A DNA stretch of 64,000 bases from Candidatus Nomurabacteria bacterium (GTDB lineage Bacteria > Patescibacteriota > Minisyncoccia > Phycocordibacterales > UBA9973), in NCBI GenBank assembly GCA_943356675.1, contig CALRFQ010000002.1, positions 1,433 through 65,432 on the forward strand, written 5' to 3'. Shown here piece by piece: positions 1 through 10,197 of this stretch. The translations under genes and the position numbers were made by a program. The notes below the pieces were generated by a model. That model saw only the letters and a list, made by a program, of their open reading frames with translations, was not told the origin of the DNA and did not search any database. Position 1 is the first letter of the stretch, and the number at the start of each line of letters is the position of its first letter.

Positions 1-194
1 GAACTGCTCAGGTGGGCTATGGTAACACAAATACAAACTCTTGGATTATAGGCTTCTTCCCATACAAGAATCCTCGCTACGCGTTCGCTGTGCTTATGGA
101 GCGCGGTCCGAAAGCTGCCTCTGGTAACGCCACACGCGTAATGGCCGAAACACTCGACTACATGAGCGTCTACGCTCCGGAATATATAAAATAA
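1..194 (+). CDS. mrdA: 3' end of penicillin-binding protein (PBP2/MrdA-like transpeptidase), partial
   Basis: Frame open from window start: TAQVG..NSWIIGFFPYKNPRYAFAVLMERG is the segment following the KTG motif of class B PBPs. Confidence 0.75.
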   Translation, partial: TAQVGYGNTNTNSWIIGFFPYKNPRYAFAVLMERGPKAASGNATRVMAETLDYMSVYAPEYIK

Positions 195-208
195 GGGATT
201 TTTATCTA

Positions 209-238
209 TTGACAAAATAGGCTTATTTATGCTATAAT
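209..238 (+). promoter_or_regulatory. sigma70-type promoter
   Basis: TTGACA (209-214), 18 bp spacer, TG-n-TATAAT (233-238). Confidence 0.7.
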
Positions 239-267
239 ATAATTAATAAGTTTTTTTGATATTGGAT

Positions 268-334
268 TTTATTTTGTGTGTTGCTCTCTGGATGTCAGTT
301 TACTGGTTTCTATAGAGCAATAATGCAAAATAAA
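268..334 (+). promoter_or_regulatory. 5'-leader hairpin, copy 1 (related to 33037-33096)
   Basis: Long imperfect stem TTTATTTTGT..TTGCTCT..AGAGCAA..GCAAAATAAA; core similar to the copy at 33 kb. Confidence 0.55.
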
Positions 335-347
335 TAATTAAAATTAT

Positions 348-752
348 ATGTGGCTAGACAAATTAATCCCAGACCTGGACACTTGCTTTAGTGTCCAACA
401 CCAATTTGACGAATTTGGAGAATATTCTTCAGGTTCAAGTGTAAATTTTTATCTTGAAGATGGAAGTTATCTCGAAATGAGAGTTAAGTTTTCACCCGAA
501 GATAAATCTATTGCACCTAATCTCGACCTAACCGATTGTAGTAACGAAATAGAAGAGTTGGCATCAAGAAATCAACTTGAAAAAATTATTCGTTGCACAA
601 CCGACGGCTTTACACATTGGGTTAATAATAACCCCGATCCTGTAATTGGAGGATTTCTAAACAGCGGCAGAAAAGCTATCGTAGCTGTAAAGAACGGCGG
701 AGGTGGATTAATTTATGTTGCCAATAATGTTCATTATTTTATACAACCATAA
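348..752 (+). CDS. hypothetical protein
   Basis: 134 aa ORF with its own promoter and a terminator-like hairpin at about 765-800. Confidence 0.6.
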   Translation: MWLDKLIPDLDTCFSVQHQFDEFGEYSSGSSVNFYLEDGSYLEMRVKFSPEDKSIAPNLDLTDCSNEIEELASRNQLEKIIRCTTDGFTHWVNNNPDPVIGGFLNSGRKAIVAVKNGGGGLIYVANNVHYFIQP

Positions 753-899
753 GCAATTTAAATTACCCACCTTGGAAAGTCCATCTTTCTTGGGTGGGTT
801 TTTCATTATTTAGGGGTTTACTTATCCTCCTATTCCGTATATAATACGTGCTACTGACGGATACGAAATGGCAGTTTTACACATTAATTTAAACATAAA

Positions 900-1358
900 A
901 TGGACTATATAACAGAAGAAAAAAAGAAGGCATTGATCGAAGAACTCGCGCACCTAAAAGGTCCTCGTAGAAAGGAGATTTTGGAGACTTTGGAATACGC
1001 CAAGAGTCTTGGCGATTTGTCTGAGAATGCAGAATACCACCAGGCTCGTGAAGATCAGGGTAAACTTGAGGACAGAATAAATCAGATCGAATACATGCTC
1101 CAGTCTGCGACTGTGGTAAAGAAAAAGGCTCACTCTACAAAAGTGGAAATCGGTGCGACTGTAGTTGTGAAGAAGGACATTTCAAAGACTCCAATGACAT
1201 TTCACATAGTAGGTGCAGAAGAAGCAGACATGGCTACTGGCAAGATTTCAAATCGCTCACCACTTGGGCAATCCCTTTTCGGTAAAGAGAAAGGAGCTGT
1301 TATTTCTATCTCCACACCAAAGGGAGTTGTGAAATACACTATACTTGAGATACAATAG
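900..1358 (+). CDS. greA: transcription elongation factor GreA
   Basis: GDLSENAEY motif; ISNRSPLGQSL C-terminal motif. Confidence 0.96.
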   Translation: MDYITEEKKKALIEELAHLKGPRRKEILETLEYAKSLGDLSENAEYHQAREDQGKLEDRINQIEYMLQSATVVKKKAHSTKVEIGATVVVKKDISKTPMTFHIVGAEEADMATGKISNRSPLGQSLFGKEKGAVISISTPKGVVKYTILEIQ

Positions 1359-1362
1359 TTAT

Positions 1363-2844
1363 ATGGCCTCACTTGAAGAACTAAGAAGCGTAAGACTTGA
1401 AAAATTAAATATTTTGAAAGAGTTTGGAATGAACCCGTATCCGGCAAATGTCGTGCGGGATTTTACTCTGCTTGAAGTCACAAATGATTTCAAGAAATTA
1501 GAAGCGGAAGGGAAGTCTATCTCTATTGTCGGACGCATTATGTCTATCCGCGGGCAGGGAGCTATAGTCTTCGTGTCACTCTTTGACGGCAGTGCGAAGT
1601 TCCAAGCTGTTTTCAAAAAGGATGAAATAGAAGAAAAGCTTTTTAAACTTTTCGCAGATGCAGTAGATATCGGTGACTTCATAGAAGTCACGGGCACACT
1701 CTTCGTCACAAAGGCAGAGCAGAATTCACTCCTTGTGAAGAGCTGGACAATGCTTACGAAAGCGCTACTTCCACTTCCAGATAAATGGCACGGTCTTCAG
1801 GATGTAGAAGAATCTTACCGCAAGCGATACCTCGATATCCTCATGGATGAAGAAGTGCGCAATCGTTTTATTACTCGCGCAAAGATTGTGAGTTATATTC
1901 GTAAATATTTAGATAATAAAAATTTCCTAGAAGTGGAAACTCCAATGCTTCAGAATCAAGCTGGTGGTGCTATGGCGAAAGTTTTCGACACGCATCACAA
2001 TGATTATGATTTGGATATGGTCCTACGCATTTCCATTGAGCTTGAGCACAAGATCCTCACAGTGGGTGGATATCCACGCATATACGAGATAGGCAAGAAC
2101 TTCCGCAACGAAGGCTCCGACCCTACTCACATCCAAGAGTTCACAATGCTTGAGTGGTACGCAGCGTATGAATCTCTCGAATCAAATATGGCTTGGACTG
2201 AAGAAATGCTAAGAGGAATAGCGAAAGATGTAATCGGCTCTGATACTTTCACAGTTTATGACAAGGAAGGAAATTCTACGGAAGTAGATTTCTCAAAAGA
2301 TTGGCCACGCGTGAAATTTGGTGATTTGATAAAAGAAAATGCAGGCCTCGATATGGCGACAGCAACTATAGATGAAATAAAAAGTAAATGTGTAGAGCTA
2401 GGCATGGATAAGGGAGAGATGGAGAAGACTGGCCGCGGAAACTTACTCGACTTTATTTTCAAAAAGTCTTCAAGAGTAAAAATTATAAATCCTACATACG
2501 TGCTCGATTACCCAGGAGATCTTAAGCCTCTAGCACAGCAGAACGAGGACGGCACAGCGAAGGTAGCTCAGCTCATCATAGCCGGTGCAGAATTGACGAA
2601 TCAATACGCAGAGCTTGTGAACCCGATAGTTCAGCGTGAACTTCTTGAAGCACAAAGCAAAGCAAAAGATGGAGGTGACGAAGAAGCGATGGAAGTGGAT
2701 GAAAGGTTCCTCACAGCCATGGAGCACGGCATGCCACCTATGACTGGTTTCGGTCTTGGTATCGACCGCTTAGTTGCCATAATGACAAATCAAAAGAATC
2801 TTCGTGATGTTATCTTCTTTCCGATAATGAGACCAAAAGAATAA
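1363..2844 (+). CDS. lysS: lysine--tRNA ligase (class II)
   Basis: OB-fold N-terminus, EVETPML, FRNEG motif 2, GMPPMTGFGLGIDRL motif 3; start moved to ATG 1363. Confidence 0.96.
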   Translation: MASLEELRSVRLEKLNILKEFGMNPYPANVVRDFTLLEVTNDFKKLEAEGKSISIVGRIMSIRGQGAIVFVSLFDGSAKFQAVFKKDEIEEKLFKLFADAVDIGDFIEVTGTLFVTKAEQNSLLVKSWTMLTKALLPLPDKWHGLQDVEESYRKRYLDILMDEEVRNRFITRAKIVSYIRKYLDNKNFLEVETPMLQNQAGGAMAKVFDTHHNDYDLDMVLRISIELEHKILTVGGYPRIYEIGKNFRNEGSDPTHIQEFTMLEWYAAYESLESNMAWTEEMLRGIAKDVIGSDTFTVYDKEGNSTEVDFSKDWPRVKFGDLIKENAGLDMATATIDEIKSKCVELGMDKGEMEKTGRGNLLDFIFKKSSRVKIINPTYVLDYPGDLKPLAQQNEDGTAKVAQLIIAGAELTNQYAELVNPIVQRELLEAQSKAKDGGDEEAMEVDERFLTAMEHGMPPMTGFGLGIDRLVAIMTNQKNLRDVIFFPIMRPKE

Positions 2845-2859
2845 AATAGATAAAAATTT

Positions 2860-2896
2860 ACCCCGTACTAAAAATTAGTCCGGGGTTATTTTTTTT
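2860..2896 (+). terminator. intrinsic terminator after lysS
   Basis: ACCCCGTACTAA..TTAGTCCGGGGT stem followed by T-run. Confidence 0.6.
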
Positions 2897-3171
2897 TGAA
2901 GAGGTTTACATTTCCCACAGTACCATTCCGCGCATAGGATCTTTAAGAAATAATGCCTTTTTAAAAGCATATACTTTTTCACGATCTACACCAGAAAAAT
3001 TAACAGCACCTGGAAAGCATTTATCCCTTCGTAGACCAAATACATTAAGTACTTTTTCTACCTTTTCATTTTTAGGTATTTTTACTTTCATTGGGAGAAC
3101 TGGGTTTATAGTTCAAGGATAATAGTACAACAAATATTCTTAAATGTAAATGTTAATAAAAAAACTGTAAG

Positions 3172-3255
3172 TTATCCACAGAATAGGGTGGGATTTGGTG
3201 ATTGTATTGTGGGATAAAGTGGCGTATAATATAGGGAAGTGGGATGAAGTGGGAA
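3172..3255 (+). promoter_or_regulatory. mraZ promoter region with GTGG(G) MraZ boxes and a DnaA box
   Basis: Repeated GTGG(G) boxes at about 10-bp phase around TATAAT; perfect TTATCCACA at 3172-3180. Confidence 0.7.
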
Positions 3256-3290
3256 AAGAAAAATAATCTTCATTTTACTTAATAAATACA

Positions 3291-3725
3291 ATGCTTATTG
3301 GCGAATACATACACACCCTAGATGATAAGAATCGGTTGTCACTACCGATGAAATTCCGTAAAGAAATAGGGAAGCGTGTAATCGTTGCTCCGTACCTCGA
3401 TTCTTGTCTTGCACTTTTCACAGAAAAGGAATGGGAGAATATTTCTGGAAAGCTTTCTGAGAGCTCAATGCTCCAGAGCGACAATCGCTCATTCTCTCGT
3501 TTTATGTTCGGACAGGCTGTCGACACTGATGTAGATGCAAACGGAAGAATTTTAATTCCTCCACACCTACGCCAGCGTTCAGGACTTGGTGAGAAGGTGG
3601 CTGTGATCGGAGTGCAGAACCGTGTTGAAATTTGGAATGAATCTGCTTGGGCGAAATACAAACAAGTTGTAGAAACGCAGGCGGATACATTAGCAGAGAA
3701 GCTAGGTCAAGTAGGAGTACTTTAA
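3291..3725 (+). CDS. mraZ: division/cell wall cluster repressor MraZ
   Basis: DDKNRLSLP and DANGRILIP repeats; upstream of rsmH. Confidence 0.96.
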   Translation: MLIGEYIHTLDDKNRLSLPMKFRKEIGKRVIVAPYLDSCLALFTEKEWENISGKLSESSMLQSDNRSFSRFMFGQAVDTDVDANGRILIPPHLRQRSGLGEKVAVIGVQNRVEIWNESAWAKYKQVVETQADTLAEKLGQVGVL

Positions 3726-3726
3726 T

Positions 3727-4632
3727 ATGGCTAAATTTATTTTGCATATTCCGGTACTTCTCAAAGAAACAGTTGATGGACTTAACATCAAGAGTGGCGC
3801 AGTTCTTTTAGACGGCACACTAGGTGGTGGAGGTCATACAGCTGAGATAGTGAAGAGGCATGGAGATAGTGTGAAGATAGTGGGTCTTGATCTTGATTCT
3901 GGTGCGTTTCCGAGAGCAGAGGAAAAGCTTAAGGATATAAAGCACGACACAGTGTTCAAGGAAAGTGCATTCCAAAACGGAGATAAAGTTCTCGATGAAC
4001 TTGGAATCGAGAAATTGGATGGAGTGATGCTAGACCTTGGAATAAGTTCTTTTCAACTTGAGGAAGAAGGTCGCGGATTTTCTTTCATGCGTGATGAGCC
4101 ACTGCTCATGACTATGAAAAAGAATCCGGGAGAAATGGATGTAACAGCATACGACGTGGTGAATACTTGGGGTGAGGAAAGTCTTGCAGATATCATTTAT
4201 GGTTTTGGTGAAGAGAGGTATTCAAGAAGGATAGCGAAAGCAATAGTAGAAGCAAGGGAGAAGAAGGAGATAAAGACGACGGGTGAATTATCAGAAATTG
4301 TGAACGCTGTGGTAGGGAGGGAATACAAGAGACTAAAAATAAATCCCGCTACAAAAACTTTCCAAGCTATCCGCATCGCAGTAAACAGTGAGCTTACAGC
4401 AGTAGAGCAAAGTATACCGAAGTATTTCGAACGATTGAGTATCGGAGGAAGAATGGTGATCATATCATTCCACTCGCTCGAGGACAGGATTGTGAAGAAT
4501 GAATTTAGAAAGTTAGCGGATGAAGGAAAAGGAAAATTGATAACGAAGAAGCCGATAGTACCAAGTGATGAAGAAATAAAAATTAATCCAAGGAGTAGAA
4601 GTGCAAAGCTAAGAATAATAGAAAAAATATGA
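3727..4632 (+). CDS. rsmH: 16S rRNA m4C1402 methyltransferase RsmH
   Basis: HIPVLL, DGTLGGGGH, DLGISSFQ, ISFHSLEDRIVK, NPRSRSAKLR. Confidence 0.97.
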   Translation: MAKFILHIPVLLKETVDGLNIKSGAVLLDGTLGGGGHTAEIVKRHGDSVKIVGLDLDSGAFPRAEEKLKDIKHDTVFKESAFQNGDKVLDELGIEKLDGVMLDLGISSFQLEEEGRGFSFMRDEPLLMTMKKNPGEMDVTAYDVVNTWGEESLADIIYGFGEERYSRRIAKAIVEAREKKEIKTTGELSEIVNAVVGREYKRLKINPATKTFQAIRIAVNSELTAVEQSIPKYFERLSIGGRMVIISFHSLEDRIVKNEFRKLADEGKGKLITKKPIVPSDEEIKINPRSRSAKLRIIEKI

Positions 4633-4952
4633 AAACATTAGCATTTACAAAACAAATAGTTGACGACAATCAAACACGAAAGCAGATCTTTCGAGTGCTA
4701 ATGTCTATTACAATTATTTTGAGTATTTGCTACGTCTATTTTATAGGCTCAATAACATTTAGTATTGTAGCTAGGAAGACTCTAGAGTCCACAATGCGCG
4801 AGACATCAAGCCGTGTTAGCTCACTTGAGGTGGAATATCTTACATTGTCGAATAAGGTTGATGTGCCTACTGGAATCGCTCGTGGATTCGTCGATCCGCA
4901 CAATACGATATTTGCAACTCGTACGACAGAGAGTCGAGTGGCTATGCGCTAA
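4629..4952 (+). CDS. FtsL-like cell division protein
   Basis: Single TM plus coiled coil, between rsmH and ftsI. Confidence 0.6.
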   Translation: MKTLAFTKQIVDDNQTRKQIFRVLMSITIILSICYVYFIGSITFSIVARKTLESTMRETSSRVSSLEVEYLTLSNKVDVPTGIARGFVDPHNTIFATRTTESRVAMR

Positions 4953-6667
4953 TGAATAATACTACACCTTTCCATTCTCGAATTCGCATCGTAGCAGGTG
5001 CTTTTTTTGTATTTGCTTGCATACTCGCTGCCAAGCTTTTCCTTGTGCAAGTAGTTCACTCTAGCTCATATGCAGACCGCGCAGACAAGCAGTATGCTAC
5101 ACCTATCGGTGATATGTTTGAGAGAGGAAGTATCTTCTTTGCAAATCGTGACGGCACACTAGTGGCAGCTGGCACTGTGATGACTGGATTTAAAATTGCA
5201 ATAAATTCTAAAAATGTTGTCGATGCAGAATCGCTTTACACTTATCTTTCCTCATATACGAAGCTCACTCACGATGAGTTCATAGCTAAGGTTACAAAGA
5301 AAAATGATCCATACGAAGAAGTAGCAACTCATCTGAGTAAGGAGGTTGCGGATTCAATCACGCTTCTTAAAATTCCAGGAGTTTCCATTTATAAAGAGAA
5401 GTGGAGATTTTATCCCGGAGATTCACTTGCTTCACACACACTAGGCTTCGTGGCTTATAAAGGTGATGATAGAATTGGCCAGTACGGTCTTGAGAAATCT
5501 TATAATAATATTTTATCTAAGCCTGCAAATGAGGCATATATAAATTTCTTTGCGGAAGTTTTCTCCAACATCGGCAAAAGCTTTTCAGGTGAAAAGAATG
5601 GAGATATAGTGACGACCATAGATCCAGCAGTTCAGCATATGCTTGAAGAAGAAATGCGCAAAACTTTCACAGAGTGGAATGCAGACCAGATGGGCGCTAT
5701 AATAATGGACCCAAAGACTGGTGAGATATATGCCATGGCAGATATGCCAGATTTCAATCTAAATGATTTTCAAAATGTGAAGAATCCATACCTATATAGT
5801 AATCCGCTTGTTGAGAACGTCTTCGAATTTGGATCTGTTATCAAACCACTTGTGATGGAGTCTGCGCTCGATGCTGGTGTGATCACTCCGGAGACCACAT
5901 ACTTCGACGGAGGTAAGGTAATTGTAGACGGCAAGCCTATAAACAACTTCGACCTAAAAGGTCGCGGTAATGTAAACATGCAAACAGTGCTTGATCAATC
6001 GCTTAACACTGGAATGGTTTTCGTTGAAAATAAACTTGGTCACGATAAATTCAGAGAGTATATGAAAGCTTTTGAAATCGGCAAGAAAACTGGCATAGAT
6101 GTGCCAAACGAAACTGTGGGTTTGATCAAGAACTTGGAAAGTCCTAGGAATCTAGAATACGCGAACGCGGCCTTCGGCCAAGGTATAGCCCTCACTCCTT
6201 TTGAAGCGATAAAGGCATTCTCAAGCCTAGGGAATGGTGGAATACTTGTGACACCTCATTTAGTAAAGGAAATAAAGTACGATGACGGCACGAGTAAGAC
6301 ACTAGAGTGGCCTACAGGGAAAAATGGTATTACAAAGCCAGAAGTTTCAGGAGATACTATCACTCGCATGCTTGTGAATGTCTTCGACAAGGCTTACGGC
6401 GAAGGTAAGTACAAATTCGACCACTATAGCGTCGCCACGAAGACTGGTACTGCGCAAGTGGCAAAAGAGAATGGAAAAGGGTATTATGAAGACCGTCACA
6501 TGCACTCATTTTTTGGATACTTCCCAGCATATGACCCGAAGTTTATTGTATTTATGTATTTGAAAAATCCTAAACAAATCAAATACGCTTCGCAGACACT
6601 CATACCACCATTTGTAAATATCACAAAGTTTCTCATAAATTATTACAACTTACCACCAGATCGCTAA
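4952..6667 (+). CDS. ftsI: class B penicillin-binding protein (FtsI/PBP3-like)
   Basis: N-terminal TM, SVIK (SxxK), SLN (SxN), KTGTAQ. Confidence 0.9.
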   Translation: MNNTTPFHSRIRIVAGAFFVFACILAAKLFLVQVVHSSSYADRADKQYATPIGDMFERGSIFFANRDGTLVAAGTVMTGFKIAINSKNVVDAESLYTYLSSYTKLTHDEFIAKVTKKNDPYEEVATHLSKEVADSITLLKIPGVSIYKEKWRFYPGDSLASHTLGFVAYKGDDRIGQYGLEKSYNNILSKPANEAYINFFAEVFSNIGKSFSGEKNGDIVTTIDPAVQHMLEEEMRKTFTEWNADQMGAIIMDPKTGEIYAMADMPDFNLNDFQNVKNPYLYSNPLVENVFEFGSVIKPLVMESALDAGVITPETTYFDGGKVIVDGKPINNFDLKGRGNVNMQTVLDQSLNTGMVFVENKLGHDKFREYMKAFEIGKKTGIDVPNETVGLIKNLESPRNLEYANAAFGQGIALTPFEAIKAFSSLGNGGILVTPHLVKEIKYDDGTSKTLEWPTGKNGITKPEVSGDTITRMLVNVFDKAYGEGKYKFDHYSVATKTGTAQVAKENGKGYYEDRHMHSFFGYFPAYDPKFIVFMYLKNPKQIKYASQTLIPPFVNITKFLINYYNLPPDR

Positions 6668-6668
6668 T

Positions 6669-7964
6669 ATGAAAAATACATTCAAAAAAATAATAGTGAA
6701 AATTCTGACTTGGGAGTCCAAGTTAATTCTGGCACGCTACCATCCGAAGATAATTGCCATCACAGGCTCCGTGGGCAAGACTTCTACGAAGGATGCGATT
6801 TATTCTGTTATTTCAGAATTTTATACTGTAAGAAAAAGTGAGAAGAGTTTCAATAGTGAGATCGGATTACCGCTCACAATTCTCGGAGTAAAAAATGGTT
6901 GGAGTAATCCTGGTATCTGGATTGAGAATATTTTGCGTGGATTATTTTTAATATTATGGAAGAATAAATATCCAGAGTGGCTAGTGCTTGAGATAGGTGC
7001 AGGTAAACCTGGTGATATAAAAGGAGTGGCTCCATGGCTAAAGCCCGATGTAGTAGTGCTCACTCGTTTTCCTGATGTGCCGGTGCATGTAGAATTCTTT
7101 GGTACGACAGAGAAGATCATCGAGGAGAAGATGGCTCTTGCCCATGCTCTTAGAAAAAATGGAGTTCTCATTGTGAATCACGACGACCAGCGTGTATTTA
7201 ATTCTCATCAGATTGTGGATAGGCGCACAGTGTCCTATGGAGTGAACGATCATGCTACATATAAGGCTTCATATCCTATTATAAATATCGAGCCAATTGG
7301 CAATGATAATCCTTCAGGTCTTACTTTTAAGCTTGCGCATAATGGAAATACTTTTCCAGTTCACATGCCTCATATCATTGGGCAGACACATATGTACTGC
7401 GGTCTCGCTGCTATCGCAGTTGCTAGTGAAATTGGCTGTGACATATTGAAATCTATAGAAGCACTAAAGAATTATAAAACTCCGAAGAGTCGTCTTACAA
7501 TGATAGAAGGTGTAAACAAAAGTATCATAATCGACGATACTTACAATGCCTCACCGGTAGCTATGGAGGCTGCACTCTTTGTGCTTGAGACTACTCCAGC
7601 AAAGAGAAAGATCGCAGTCCTTGGTGATATGCTAGAGCTAGGGAAAAGGACAGAAGAAGCGCACAATGAAATAGGCTTGCAGGCATCAAGGGTGGCAGAC
7701 ATCATAGTGCTCGTTGGCCCCCGTGCGAAATTCATTGGTGACGGAGCGAAAGCAAATAAATTTAAAGAAAAAAATATTTACTATTTTGATAGCTCCATTA
7801 CTTGTGGCAAATTCCTTGCAGGAATAGTGGAAGAGGGAGATGTGATCTTACTCAAAGGCTCTCAAGGTGTGAGGCTTGAACGCGCAGTAGAAGCTATAAT
7901 GGCAAATCCTAGTGAGGCAAAGAGCCTTCTGTGTCGACAAGAGAAAGAGTGGAAGAGCAGATAA
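6669..7964 (+). CDS. murF: UDP-MurNAc-tripeptide--D-Ala-D-Ala ligase MurF
   Basis: ITGSVGKTSTK, FNSEIGLPLT, DDTYNASP, LGDMLELG, LLKGS. Confidence 0.92.
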   Translation: MKNTFKKIIVKILTWESKLILARYHPKIIAITGSVGKTSTKDAIYSVISEFYTVRKSEKSFNSEIGLPLTILGVKNGWSNPGIWIENILRGLFLILWKNKYPEWLVLEIGAGKPGDIKGVAPWLKPDVVVLTRFPDVPVHVEFFGTTEKIIEEKMALAHALRKNGVLIVNHDDQRVFNSHQIVDRRTVSYGVNDHATYKASYPIINIEPIGNDNPSGLTFKLAHNGNTFPVHMPHIIGQTHMYCGLAAIAVASEIGCDILKSIEALKNYKTPKSRLTMIEGVNKSIIIDDTYNASPVAMEAALFVLETTPAKRKIAVLGDMLELGKRTEEAHNEIGLQASRVADIIVLVGPRAKFIGDGAKANKFKEKNIYYFDSSITCGKFLAGIVEEGDVILLKGSQGVRLERAVEAIMANPSEAKSLLCRQEKEWKSR

Positions 7965-7997
7965 TTTAATAATAATTACTGTGTTATAATGGACAAT

Positions 7998-8915
7998 ATG
8001 AGTAATGATAAATTAGAACAAAAAATAGCTATTATCGGTGCAGGTGCTGTTGGTTCTACTATTGCATATTCAGCTATGGTCAAGAACTTGGCTGCTGAAA
8101 TAATTCTGGTAGATTTAAATAAAGATAAAGAAAGAGGAGAAGTTCTTGATATGTGTGATGCATTGTCTTTCTGCGAGACGAATATTGTAAGAGTTGGTGG
8201 ATATAAAGATGTAGCAGATTCAGATATTATTATCCTTACCGCTGGTGTCGCTCAGAAGCCTGGAGAGAGCCGCCTCGATCTAGTAACGAAAAACAAATCC
8301 ATAGTTAGTTCAATATTTAAAGAAATTGGAAATATTAAATCTACAGCCATAATTGTTGTCGTAAGTAATCCAGTTGATGTAATTACATACTTAGTTCAAG
8401 AAATTTCAGGACTGCCTAAAAATCAAGTTTTTGGAACTGGTACCTGCCTTGATTCTGCTAGACTTCGTTCAAATTTAGCAAAACGATTAAGTGTGGATGG
8501 TAAGCAGATTGACGGATTCGTGCTCGGAGAGCATGGAGATGGAGAATTTGTCGCTTGGAGTACTGTAAGTGTTGCCGGTAAGCCTATTGCAGAAATACTT
8601 AGCCCTGAAGAAATGAATAATGTGTATGAGGAAGTGAAGAATGAAGTCTACGAGATAATTAAACTTAAAGGTGCCACATATTACGGTATAGCCATGGCAG
8701 TTGTGGACATACTCGAGGCACTGATTTTAAATCAAAATAAAATACTTCCTGTTTCTTATAGACTAGAAAATTATAATGGAGTAAGCGATATATGCCTTGG
8801 AGCTACTGCTGTGGTGGGATCAAATGGAATAATAAAGTCATGGCCAATAGAACTAAATGAGATCGAGCAAAATAAATTCCAAGACTCAGCTAAAAAGATT
8901 AAAGAGTATATATAG
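7998..8915 (+). CDS. ldh: L-lactate dehydrogenase
   Basis: GAGAVG, QKPGESRLDL (Gln of LDH), SNPVD, LDSAR, GEHGD; start at ATG 7998, 7 nt after TATAAT. Confidence 0.88.
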   Translation: MSNDKLEQKIAIIGAGAVGSTIAYSAMVKNLAAEIILVDLNKDKERGEVLDMCDALSFCETNIVRVGGYKDVADSDIIILTAGVAQKPGESRLDLVTKNKSIVSSIFKEIGNIKSTAIIVVVSNPVDVITYLVQEISGLPKNQVFGTGTCLDSARLRSNLAKRLSVDGKQIDGFVLGEHGDGEFVAWSTVSVAGKPIAEILSPEEMNNVYEEVKNEVYEIIKLKGATYYGIAMAVVDILEALILNQNKILPVSYRLENYNGVSDICLGATAVVGSNGIIKSWPIELNEIEQNKFQDSAKKIKEYI

Positions 8916-8918
8916 TAT

Positions 8919-10196
8919 ATGCAAAAACAATGGTTTAAAAATTATGATGAATTAGCTACAAGTCCAAATCGTAAAATCGCTTTTGATATAGCAAACGCCG
9001 GATACAATGCCATTGATACAGAGCTCGTTGTCGCCAATCTTGTGCAGTTAGAGAATAATATTTTAACAATTGCTGATAAAAGCTTCGATTTAAATAATTT
9101 TAATAAAATAAAAGTAATAGGTTTCGGTAAAGCTTCCACTCTTGCTGCACTAGCACTCGAGAAAGTACTTGAGAATAGAATAAGTGAAGGTGCAGTCATC
9201 GGTCTACACAAGACACCTTGCAATTACATCGAGACTTTCGCCGGTACTCATCCGAAGCCGACTAGTGTAAATATCTTGCCAGGTCAGAAAATATTTGATA
9301 TTGCTGATAAGTCCGACGAGAACGATCTAATAATCGTAATAGTGTCTGGTGGTGGCTCTGCACTACTTTGTTATCCAGAAAGTGAATGTGATCAAAACAG
9401 CAGACTTTATGATGAATTTATAAAGTGCGGCAAAACTACAATAGAGATGAATACAGTACGAAAGCACCTGTCACTACTTAAGGGTGGAGGCTTGGCAAAG
9501 GTGGCATACCCAGCGACTGTTATTGGTTTGATATTCTCTGATGTACCTGGAGACAACTTCGAAGATGTGGCATCAGGTCCTACATATAAGGATATGTCTA
9601 CAGTAGACGATGTGAAAATGATTATAAAGAGTGACAACCTAGATGATTTTGATTTGATAGAAACAACGAAAGATGATAAGTATTTTGAAAAAGTTTTCAA
9701 CTTCGTACTAGTTTCCAATAAAACTGCAGTTGAGGCTATGCAAAAAAAGTCAGAAGAGTTAGGTTTGCGTGCGAAAATTATTTCTACGGAATTGTACAAC
9801 GAGACTCATCTAGCATTAAAAGAAATATTTGATGCGCAGAAAGATTTCGCGGGTGAAGTTATTCTCGCTGCAGGCGAGCCAGATCTTAAAGTGACAAAGA
9901 AAGGCGGTAGTGGCGGGCGCAACCTTTATATGGGTGCGCTTGCTGTGAAGATGGGAGTTATAGATGATAATTCTATTTTCTTACCTTTAGCATCTGATGG
10001 TATGGATAATTCTGATGCTGCAGGTGCGGTAGTAGATAGATCTACTATAGATAAAATAGTGGAATCAGGAATCGACCTCGATGAATATCTTGCGAACTTT
10101 GATGCATATCCTATCTTTAACAATACTAGTGAAATGATTATAACTGGTCCTACTGGCGCCAATGTTTCTGATTTAATGATTTTATTTAAAAAGTAA
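8919..10196 (+). CDS. glycerate 2-kinase (MOFRL/DUF4147 family)
   Basis: GFGKAS, HPKP, SGGGSAL, SDVPGD..VASGPT, GGRN, SDGMD, TGPTGANVSD. Confidence 0.9.
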   Translation: MQKQWFKNYDELATSPNRKIAFDIANAGYNAIDTELVVANLVQLENNILTIADKSFDLNNFNKIKVIGFGKASTLAALALEKVLENRISEGAVIGLHKTPCNYIETFAGTHPKPTSVNILPGQKIFDIADKSDENDLIIVIVSGGGSALLCYPESECDQNSRLYDEFIKCGKTTIEMNTVRKHLSLLKGGGLAKVAYPATVIGLIFSDVPGDNFEDVASGPTYKDMSTVDDVKMIIKSDNLDDFDLIETTKDDKYFEKVFNFVLVSNKTAVEAMQKKSEELGLRAKIISTELYNETHLALKEIFDAQKDFAGEVILAAGEPDLKVTKKGGSGGRNLYMGALAVKMGVIDDNSIFLPLASDGMDNSDAAGAVVDRSTIDKIVESGIDLDEYLANFDAYPIFNNTSEMIITGPTGANVSDLMILFKK

Positions 10197-10197
10197 A

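Noticed and set aside
2906-3091. 61-aa minus-strand ORF between lysS and mraZ
   Set aside because: Possible small gene, but no motif or other support to call it
3172-3180. Replication origin at the DnaA box
   Set aside because: Single box in the mraZ promoter region, with no box cluster and no dnaA/dnaN nearby
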